Source of the DNA: Paraspadella gotoi
Lineage: Eukaryota > Animalia > Chaetognatha
DNA: 64,000 bases
Direction: 5' to 3'
Assembly (NCBI GenBank): GCA_051294375.1
Contig: CM119264.1
Coordinates: 28,810,696 to 28,874,695 of the forward strand
The notes under the pieces are model-generated. The model searched no databases, was not told the origin of the DNA, and was given only the letters and a program-made list of their open reading frames with translations. A program made the position numbers and the translations under genes. Shown piece after piece: positions 21,093 to 31,900 of this stretch (position 1 is its first letter; the number at the start of each line of letters is the position of its first letter).

Positions 21093-22635
21093 TCAAGCTT
21101 CGACGCTTGAGAAGAGTCGGCGAACGAATGGGGAAGAGTCCTGCAAAATTAAATTTAAAATGTAAAACGTATATATAATATATAATATTGGATAAATGAT
21201 TGATTCAATCGATTAAAACATTAAAACAACGGACATAAAATTATGTGGCATATGTGACAGATTAACTGATAGATTTGCTTGATTTAACCTTTCGAATAGT
21301 TTATCGATTGATTGATCATTTATTTATATTATTAATTTATTATTCAATTGATTGATTGATTGATTAAATGATGGATTGACCGAAGGATTGAGTGATTGTA
21401 CCTTCGCCTCTCTCCTTCCGATCCTTCTCGTGTCATAGAAGTCAAAGGACGGGCGCCGTTGAAGACGACCTCGCGCTAAAAAGTCCGCTAATTTGTGGTC
21501 GGCGATTGATCGACGTATCTCGCTGGACACCAAATATATAAAAAAAATGTTTAAATATTATATACTTTTAGATTTAATTTTTTTTCGTGGTTTTTTAAAA
21601 TTAATTTTTAAATGTTTTCAATGTTTCGAATGTCAACTATACGCTCCACTTTATTCTACTACTTAACAATTCACTTTATTTCGCTCCTATACGCTCCTTT
21701 ACAATTTCTTTTATTCTTTATACTCCACTCCCCTTCCTCAACTCCACCGACCTTCTATCTTCCATTGCTCCTCTTTTTGATCTCGACGTGCTGGAGTCAC
21801 TGTCACCCAGCTCGTTGTTGATCCACTCTTGTTCCAAATCGGCCAAGATTTGGTCGCTGATTGCTCGTTGGGCTCTGGGTCAGGAAAGAAGAGAACCGAT
21901 TTTGAGGTCAAAAATAGTTTGAAATCCAATCAAATTTATCCATTTGTTTAATAATAAATACTCTATCTTAGCCCTGACTTTTGGACAGGCTATGATGGGT
22001 TAAGGCTCCCATCATTTCAAAATAGTAATACAATTCAGGCTTTCAAACAAAACTCTATTTTAAAGTTTACAATGGGAAAACAGAACCGCAACTGTGAGTA
22101 TGGGGTAAAACTGTATCCCATATTCTATTTTGTTTATTAACAAAACTCGTTTATGGCGAATTGCCAAATTGCCAGATATTTCTTGCTACCTGCTTCTGCC
22201 AATGGTGTCGCCAGATTCCGTATTTTGTTGCATCTGGGATCTCAAAAATTCCAATTCCAAATCGTGAAGAAATTGATCGGAAATCGCGCGACGCGTCTTT
22301 TCGACGCTGATGTATAAAATAAAAGAGGAATTAAGACTTTAATTTACTTTACTAGTATATTTTCATTACTTTATTCAACTTTCAATACTTTTTTCTTTTC
22401 TTTTCTTTTCTTTTCTTTTTAACCTTTTTCTTTATTTTTATCTCCTTTTCTTTTCTTTTTTTTTCTTTTTTCTTCTATTTTCTTTTTCCTTTTCTTTTCC
22501 TTTCCCTTCCATCTCTAACTTCTCTTTAATTTCCGGCGCCACTTCGCCGACAGGATGCGCGCCGGCGACATCGGCGTTCATCAAACAAAAGACAATCGAG
22601 ACGACGACGCCGCAACTCCAAATAGATGGCGCCAT
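21093..22635 (-). CDS. Secreted neuropeptide/hormone precursor (174 aa) with three PTH-family-like peptides
   Basis: Exons 22635-22520, 22306-22190, 21874-21752, 21522-21402 and 21140-21093, all GT-AG and frame-consistent. Translation: MAPSIWSCGVVVSIVFCLMNADVAGAHPVGEVAPEIKENVEKTRR-AISDQFLHDLELEFLRSQMQQNTESGDTIGRSRAQR-AISDQILADLEQEWINNELGDSDSSTSRSKRGAMEDRSEIRR-SIADHKLADFLARGRLQRRPSFDFYDTRRI-GRR-EAKDSSPFVRRLFSSVEA*. It has a signal-peptide-like N-terminus, dibasic and RxxR sites, and a GRR amidation signal. An in-frame upstream ATG exists at 22761. Confidence 0.82.
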
Positions 22636-25600
22636 CGTGGCCGGAGTCGGGCGCCGCGTTGACCTCTGAGCGGGGGCGTGAAGGGGGGTGGCGCTCTCCA
22701 GAATCAAAGAGTACCTCTCGGGAAAACGGTTCCATCTCACGTCAAAATTTTTTGGCGCCATCTTGGTTTTTTTGTTATTTCTGAATTTTAAAAAACAAGA
22801 TATCGTTTAAGATTTTTTAAAGAATCGTTGAATTTAATCTTCAAAAATCAAATTTATACTTGTGAAACTTGTTACAAAATTAAGAGGAAAAAGGTTCTCG
22901 ACCTTGTCTATGATTTATCTTTATGATTAATTAGAAAAAATTTATAAAAATCTTATTTTGCTCTGTATCAGCCTACACCTTTACAAGATTAACAAATCTT
23001 TTACTTCAGCTTTTAAAAATATAATTATTTTTTTATTTAAAAATACATTAACAAATGCCAAAATCTAAAAATGTTTTTCCTGTCAAGTCAGACGGGGTGA
23101 GTATCGATCCCCAACAGAATTTGAATCTCAAATTTTTGAAGTCGAATTTGAGCGACGATTCAAATCTGTGATTGGATCAGCGAACCCAAAACCTTTGATC
23201 TTTCAACCCTCAGACTTAGTCATTATTGAATGTTTCTCTTTATATAGATAATCTTTGTGTCTTTGAACTTTGCTTGATTTTTGGGGTTAAAATATTATAA
23301 TCATCACGAGATTTTTTTGTGAATTGATGATTAGGAAGAAATATAAAAAATGTAGGTTTAACAAATAGAAAAATATAAATTCTAGCTCATTTCAATCCCC
23401 ATCAAAAATATAAAGTAGTCTAAAGTATAAAGAAAGTTTGGACTAAAGTCTTAGAAAAATTTCAATGAATCCTTCTATATATAGACTAAACTTTTTCTAT
23501 TAATGGTTCTATAATTTTGAAACAAATTGCATAAGCTCTACTTTTATAAATTTCTACATAATAAGGCAACAAGGCTGTTTAAACATGACTAGTAATTTAA
23601 ACTTAAAAGGACTAAAATAATAATACACTTTTCATGGTTTACTTACCATGACTCATTCATTTTCGCAATAATAAAAACAAAAAAAGGAGAAAGAACTTTT
23701 TTTAAATTCAAAATGGAATTCAAACTTTGAAAGTTCAATAAGTTTGAATCTACAAGTCCAACTCTGGAGTGACAACTGCAATGATGATTTAGCTTAATGT
23801 CTTACTTTATTTTCAGTTTTATAAATTATGTATGGTAAGTATGGTGAATAAATAAAATCATACTGAATACATCAAATACTTTTTCGAATCTAAAAACGTT
23901 TTAAAAATAGTGACACAGGTAATTTTGCAATGTTCATACGCATTATTATCTAAAATTTCACATCAAAAATTGATTTTAAAGAAACGCGGTAACGCATCAA
24001 ACATGAAAGGGTGACATACTCACATTAGAAGAACGATTGTAAACTGATTGATTCGAAGGTCGAAATTCGATTTTTGATCTCGAATTTTAATCTTAAATTT
24101 GATTTGTGAATCAAAGAGAGAAAGAGAAGAAAAAAAAATTTGAAGATTGTGACGCGATTTTACTTCACCGATTTTCACATAATGCGAATTCGCGCATCAT
24201 CCGCCGACTTTGTACCCCGGGAGGAAGAGGAGGAGGAGGAGGAAGAGGAAGAAGAAGAAAAAGCGGAAGACGACGAGAGAAAACGAGAAACGCGTAGGGG
24301 GGGGAGTGTGAAGTGGGGAGAGGAGGGGAGAAGAAAAATAAGGTGGGGTGAAAAGAAATTGGGGAAAAAAACTGGGGTCTTGAGTTGAGACGGATTTCTG
24401 AGCGAGATAATTCTATTGTCTCGTAACAACGAAGGTATAGTATTTTAAGGTCTAGCCCACAAAGCCTCTGTTCTAAGCCTTTAAATTTTCCCAACTCCTC
24501 GCCGGTCCGGCACTCCCGCCAATCCAGTATTGCGTTAGCAGAAGATGTATATTTTATTTGTTTATAATTGGACTCCAGGAGATATTTCCTTTGTGATTAG
24601 ATGTCTGTGACAAGTAATAAGACATGTTTGTTATTTTTGATGATAGTTGATGATTTTCTAAAGATTTTTTCACTTATTTATTAAATGAATGACTAATTTT
24701 GTATTGGTCGTACCAATTTCACAATATCGATTTTTATTATCAAACTGACAAAATGTAAAATATTGGAATTATGTCAGAGCTCTCTCTCCATCTGGGGAAA
24801 AAAAGATTCTAATCTAAACCCTAAATGTTCACGTGAACGCTCCGTGACATCTTGACATAAATCGGGCAGAGGTCGCTTAAAAAAATAAAACTAAAAAATA
24901 AAGGACGGGTGTGAATCTCTCACAGATTGGGGACAAATCTCGATTTTTCTTTTTTAAAGTCACGTGTCAAAAAAAAGACGTAAGACGTAAGAAATATTAA
25001 CTTTTGTCAGTGACGGCGAATTTAAATTGTAATTAATATCATTATCACAGACAAGGATTAAGAGGCGCGTTTGTGGTTTCTTGGGTCTGAGGCCCGGCTT
25101 CAGTAAAAATAGAAAATTGAATCTAGAAGATATCAGCCATCTGACGATTTGAGTTTTCCGGTTGCCCCGTGGTTAGATTATTGGGCTTTCTCGTTAAAAT
25201 TCTAAGTTCGATCCCCAAGCGTTACGCCTTCGTTATATGAGGAAAAGAAACGCCAGTGGGCTTGTCTTAAAAATACTGATATCAGTTGTAATTAGGCAAA
25301 CTTTCTAGCTATCTTTAATTTCGTCTACGTACAACCAAAATAAAAATTTTCCATTCATTTAATAAACTTTGGACAGGCTTTGGTTGTCTTAAAAGATAAT
25401 GCTTTCAATAAATATGTAATTACTAAAATGATTTACGTAAAAATATGGCCTAGCAGAAATGGGAGAGAGGTTCCTGATTATCAGCAAAGCGATGAGTTGC
25501 AGAATTGCAAAGATTTTTCGAAATCTCTCTGGTTTCGTGACCTGAGGTCCCGAAAATCGCTGGTCAAGCAATTTTCTTTTATTGAACCTTCCAGTCATGA

Positions 25601-25914
25601 ATCCATATTCCTTAGTCAATACCGATTCGCTGATATGAAGTTTATTGATATATATTTTCTACCGGGAGTGGATGCAGGTATCACGGGTTTAGTTCTCACA
25701 GAATTCGTACAAATTCGTAAAAATTAAAAAGGTACCGAACATAATAATATTTTTTTGAGAGACCCGTTGTCTTTCTGCCTGTCCGCCTGTCCGCCTGTCG
25801 CCTGTCCGCCTGTCCGTTGACCTCGGCAATGACCTCAGATGCTTTTTGCTCTTAAATCTTTTTCATGTTTCGACGTTGTCTTTCTTGTCCGCCCATTTTC
25901 GTGTCTCAGGGCGA

Positions 25915-25969
<55 letters not shown>

Positions 25970-26433
25970 TTTGACAACAAAAACCAACGTCAATAAGATT
26001 ATATTTTTTCTTTTATTTTCTTCAATGAAATCGTTAGAACGTCGGTAAAACCCTTTGCGGAACTTTAACATCATTTAATTTTTTTTAATATAATTGTCCG
26101 TATAGTAAGAACATCTGTAAAACTAATAAAACATCCTTAACACATCTTTCAACACTTTTGGAACAAAAAATATCGAGGAAAACATGTAATGTATTTTTTT
26201 TTTAAATCATTCCAACGTCTGGAGTAATTCTTGTTATTTTTTTTGGTCTTAATTCAAAGCCGATTAGAACAGCTGTTTCAAAAAAAATGGGTCAAAGACA
26301 AAGTATTTATTTTAAAGAATAATCTGTTACGCGTCTTGACAGCCAAAAATTCAAATTATTTAAAATTGGTCTTTTTTTTTTTGAATTTGTTCTGAGTTAA
26401 AAAAAAAATTTTTCGTAAACAATATCTAAAAAA

Positions 26434-26473
<40 letters not shown>

Positions 26474-26649
26474 ATCGATCCTCAATCAGATTTCGAAACT
26501 CAAATTGACCTTCGACACCCGACGGATTTTGTCAACTTCTAAGGAACCCTGCCAGACAACATAGCGCACCTGCTAGTCCCTCCGCAGATGCAGACCGGCA
26601 CCTGGCAGACCTCACCCGATGCAGGCCGACACCTGCTAGACTTAATTAG

Positions 26650-28945
26650 CCGAAGCTTGGACTCATGGACCGACAAGAACTTTGAATCCAAGATCCAAGA
26701 TCGTCGGTCGAGATAAAATCATGTCGTTGAAGGTATTTAGTAATTTAATTAACAATTAATGAAAATTTATATTACTATTTTAAAGTCGTTTTCGAAAACC
26801 GCCATAGATGATAGATGAGACAAAAAAGTAGTGACAATGATAATGAGGCCTACAAGTTCAAAAATCTAAATTGGAAGAAAAATAATCCAGACAAGAAAGT
26901 AATTAGGGGGGCAGAAAGTGCACTAAACCTAAGGAAGCAGTTTTTACGAATTAGTTTCCTCCTCAGATTAACACTTTTTCATGTGTTATTTTTTTTAGTC
27001 GAAAAAAGTCAAGTATTTGGGCGAAATTTTAACCTTTTCGCGCGACAATCCAAGAATCCTGACTTTATTTTTTTTCGGTCTTGACAAGGCCGCAACTTAA
27101 TCACCATCATCATCATCATTATCATCATCATCACCGCATTCCCGTTTCCCATGAATTGCCATATATGATAAGCCACATTTCAAGTTATAATAAAACTTGG
27201 AAAAAAAAATGAAACTCCTGATTGTACTAATTCTTTGGCTTATTTTCTTAGTAACTTCACTTTATCATTGAATTATTGCATAGCCTATCCAAAGTCGGGA
27301 TTCAGAAGGCAATTCGTAAATTGTAACAATTTCTCACAAATATTTCGATTAAGTCATTTTGAAATCCATATCTCACAGACCCGCGTGAGAGCTTTCACCT
27401 CTTGGGTCAACTTCCGGTTAAGGGAGACGGAGGAACAGGTGAAGCTTGGGAGGAAGATGTGAAATGTGGTTTTGAGGTAAAAATGATATGGTCAGTCAGT
27501 CACAATCACAAAAAATTTGCTGATTTCTCACTTTCTAATCGGCAGTCCGTCCATTCGTCGCTCGTTAGTTAATGAATTTAATGAATCTGATTTTAATCTC
27601 GTCATTCGATTCATATTATATTCAATAAATTCAGGTGAGCAGCGTTTTAGTGGATCTGATTCAGGACAAGAAACTCGCTGCTTTTGTCGAGTCTTTCACG
27701 GGCGTCTCTAACAAGAAGTTTCAGAGTTTCGAAGGGTGAGTGACTGTATGATTAATATTATTAATCCCTGAACTTAATTTTACTGAACTTAACCCTAATC
27801 TTTTACTAAATGCCTAACCCTAACCTTTAATTCCTAACCCTCAACTCTAATCCTAATCCTAATCCTAATCCTTAACCCTTAAAACTAAATATTTAACTCT
27901 AAAAACTAATATAAGTATAAACTTGAAATGGGGCTCTTTTTAAATATATAGTTAAAAAACAAAACAATATGTTAAATAACGTTATCTCAGGTTAACGCAA
28001 ACGCAAGTCGTGACCCGAATCGAATGGATTATCAATGACCTGATTAACAGGTAACGACGCCTGATTGGCGGAACGTTGTCGGCTAACGGCGCCAGATTTA
28101 GGGGGGGGTAGTGGATAGGCAATGGGGGCGTCTGTCTCGTCGTTTAAACCTTAATCTAATTAACAATTTAATTTTGGTTTCACAAAGAAAATGTGTCACG
28201 TTCTAAGGTCAGGGACGCTTCGAAAATGAAACGAGAAAAATGAACCACATTTTTTTTTTGACACGAACAAAAACATTTTAACTGGAATTATAGTGATGTA
28301 ATATGACTTCATCTCCGAACCCAATGGTCACGGGTTCTAGCCCTGGTCGGAACAGTCCTTGCAAAAAAGACTGACGGGCCGGTTAAACCACCGGTAGCAA
28401 GCCTACCGCCTATCCGCACTCACAGAGAGGCATGGCAACTAGAGTGGAGCACTGGGGAACATAAATTTTATTTGAGTGACAAACAAGGATATTTAGATAG
28501 TATGATTAAGGAGTACAAAAAATATTTTGCTTATATTGTTTGGGGAAACAGTATCATTAAAACAATATATTTATAGTAATATCCCTATAAACATCGATAA
28601 AAAATTTATAAAATATTTTTTATGATGCGATAAACCTTTCGTTTTTCGTTGTTGTTTATGATTTAGAGAAAAACAAAGTTTTTTAATTGTGTTACAACGA
28701 ATTTAATTAGAGATACGGACATGTTTTCGGCTCACATTTCGAGCCTTCATCAGCGTTTGCCATAAGGAAAATATTTGTGCAAAAAGAAAGGGTGTGAGAG
28801 AGAGAGGAGAGAGAGAGAGAGAGAGAGAGAGATAGAAGGTAAAGGTTTTCCAACAAAGTGGGTGAGACAGAATAGTGGTCAGAATGAGAGAACAGGCTGA
28901 AGTTGAGGACAGATTGAGTGAGTTGTGAAAAGAAATGAAATTTGG

Positions 28946-28989
<44 letters not shown>

Positions 28990-31900
28990 GGACAACAGGG
29001 ATAAAATAAATAAGTATTAAAGATACAATTTGTAATGTACAACAAAAGTAAAAAATTTTGAAAAACTAAATGTCAGTAAGAGTTTTAACAATTATCTAAT
29101 TTAAATAGTTAGCTAAAGGATAGTAACATGAATTATGAAATTTGAAATGTGAAAAGATAGATTGATAGTTAGGAGGATAAGAAAGTGAAATAAATAGGAG
29201 AAAGAAAAGAGCTCAAAATGAGCTGGCCCCCTTGTTTTTTATGCAAATGAAGGACAGAGAACGATGGTGCTCATTTTGAGCTCTTTCTTTCTCCTTATAT
29301 TTCACTTTCTATCCTCCTAACTATCAATCTATCTTTTTCACATTTCAAATTTCATAATTCATGTTACTATCCTTTAGCTAACTATTTAAATTAGATAATT
29401 GTTAAACTCTTACTGACATTTAGTTTTTCAAAATTTTTTACTTTTGTTGTACATTACAAAATGTATCTTTAATACTTATTTATTTATCCCTGTTGTCCTC
29501 TCTCCTCTCTTCTCTCTCCCTCTCTCTCTCTCTTCTCTCTCTAAACAAATTTTCATTTCTTTCACAACTCACTCAATCTGTCCTCAACTTCAGCCTGTTC
29601 TCTCATCTGACCACTATCTGTCTCACCACTTTGTTGGAAAGACCTTTACCTCTATCTCTCCTCTCTCTCTCTCTCTCTCTTCTCTCTCTAACACCCTTCT
29701 TTTTGCACAAATATTTTCTTATGGCAAACGGCTGATGAAGGCTCGAAAATGTGAGCCAAACATGTCCGTATCTCTAAATTAAATTCGTTGTAACACAATT
29801 AAAAACTTTGTTTTTTCTCTAAATATTTTTTAAAAATTTTTTATTAAAGATGTTATTAAAAATTTCAATGTTTTCAGTGTCAAAAAATGAAAAAAAGGTC
29901 AATTTTTTCCACTTTTTTACGCTTTGTAGTAAAAACTATTATATGATGAACGTTTTGGGTAATAGCTTGAACCTAAAAAATATCATGTAACATATTTTTA
30001 CAAAAAGTTTTTCGTTTTTTTTCCGGCAAATCCGAACGTGTTCTTAAAATTAAAAAAAAATTGGCAAATTGTATTATTTTATGAGGATATTACTAAGACG
30101 GACATGTTTCGGCTTTAAATGTACAAGCCTTCATCGGCGTCAAAGATATTTGTGAAATTTCAAATAAAGTTTTTGCAGAGGAAAAGAGAGAGAGAGAGAG
30201 AGAGAGAAGAGAGAGAGAGGGCAAAGTTTCCAACACAGAGTTGAGAGAAGAACAGTGTTCAGATGTGAGGACAGGTCAAGGTGAGGACAGAATGAGCCAG
30301 ATTGTGAAAAGAAACTAAAAATAGTGAAAAATTGAGAGAGAGAGAGAGAGAGTAGAGAGAACATTTGAAAAGATAATACATTTTTTGTAATGTACAACAA
30401 GATAATTGTTTAACTAAAGATTAAATAAATATTTTAACAATTAACTATTAATAAATAATGGAGTGTGAAAAATTGAATATGAAAAAGTGAAATAAGTATT
30501 AATAAGTATTAATATGAAATAAAGTGAAAGTTCAAGAATTAAGAAAGAGCTCAAAGTGAGCTGGCCCCCTTTGGTTGAAAGCAAATGAAGGGTCTTGACG
30601 ATGTGGTCGAGTCATTGACGTGTCAATGGCTGAGAGGTCATGTTGGTTGAGATGAAGGCTTGTACATTTAAAGCCGAAACATGTCCGTCTTTATACAAAT
30701 AAAATCGTTGTTGAACAATTTTAAAACGTCCTTTATCATCTAAACACAACGAAACGAAAGGAAATAACGATGTCTGAGGATATTACTATAAAAAAAATTC
30801 AATTAATGATACTGTTATGCAAATTTTTTTGAAAAAGGGCTTAATTATTTTTTATTACATATATAAAGGCAGCAAGAAAACATAGTTCCATCGCTCAATC
30901 TTTTCATCACTCCACCCTAATGGCGACCTCTCGGTCACTTCAGAATTTTCCTTTTTCTTTGATTTCTCTCTCTTTTCAACTTGGAGCCATTTTATTCCGA
31001 CTACAAGGCAATCCCTGTCTTCCTCCACCGCCTCCTTTCCTCCACCGCCTCCTTTCCTCCACCGCCTCCTTCCTCGACCGCCTCCTTTCCTCGACCGCCT
31101 CCTTTCTCACCGCCTCCTTTCTCCACCGCTCCTTTCCTCCACCGCCTCCTTTCCTCCACCGCCTCCTTTCCTCCACCGCCTCCTTTCCTCCACCGCCTCC
31201 TTTCCTCCACCGCCTCCTTTCCTCGACCGCCTCCTTTCCTCCACGCCTCCTTTCCTCCACCGCCTCCTTTCCTCCACCGCCTCCTTTCCTCCACCGCCTC
31301 CTTTCCTCCACGCCCTTCCTTTTCTCCATCACCTCCTTTCCTCCACCGCCCCTCTTTTCTAAAACATCTGTGACAGACAGTATATTACCGAATGAGATCA
31401 AATGTTCAATAATCTCATTTGCATATAGTAGTAAACTATTTAGAGTTTCTTGGGTTCATGTTTCGTTTCTAATACGTGACCTACTTTTGGATTTTTTTCC
31501 GTTATTTACCATTATGGTAGCGTCTGAGAAAACGGACCAGTAGATGGATCTGATGTTCTAATCTACCGAGATGATAGTATACATCCGACCCCCCCACTTT
31601 TCCGCCCGACTTTCTCCAGAGAGATCCTCCCCGATCATTTCGGGGTGGAGCCTCGTCTGATCGCCACACGACACGGCGACGCCATCTTCGAGCTTCTCTG
31701 GGCGTTGGTCATCTACGATATCTGGTTCTTGTGGGACAGAGCGGAGTTCCTGCTGCATCGCGACGACGACGTCCTCACCCGTTTCCCCTTCACCGTCAGT
31801 CGCTGCGGCTGCTGCTGTTGCTGCTGTTTTTGCTGTTGCTGTTGCTGTTGAGCATGTAGTTGCAGAAGGAGTTGCAGAACTGTTGCAAATTTAGTTGCAG

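Larger units (their letters stand above)
28440..30919 (-). mobile_element. hAT-type MITE interrupted by two Penelope-like insertions
   Basis: Termini TAGAGTGGAG...CTCCACCCTA; 8-bp TSD ATGGCAAC/ATGGCGAC. The remaining segments (28440-28622, 29821-30095, 30775-30919) are collinear with the reverse complement of the intact copy at 43996-44611. Confidence 0.85.

Noticed and set aside
22500-22520. Possible non-canonical GA/GG donor at the end of prohormone exon 1
   Set aside because: A canonical AA|GTTAGA donor at 22519 gives the required phase 2.
25160-25220. tRNA gene
   Set aside because: Only degenerate A/B-box-like words (GTGGTTAG, GTTCGATCCC); no cloverleaf, so at most a SINE relic.
24165-26045. 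Candidate first exons of the CH-ankyrin gene (poly-E at about 24.2 kb, poly-S at about 25.9 kb)
   Set aside because: An unambiguous frame-consistent splice path could not be built, so they were left unassigned.
28707-30400. Three similar MLYIT... ORFs suggesting a gene family
   Set aside because: They are the inverted arms and relatives of the Penelope-like repeats containing (GA)n; frames are not conserved between copies.
30920-31543. 207-aa Pro-rich ORF and overlapping ORFs
   Set aside because: Produced by the 17-bp minisatellite, which is open in several frames.
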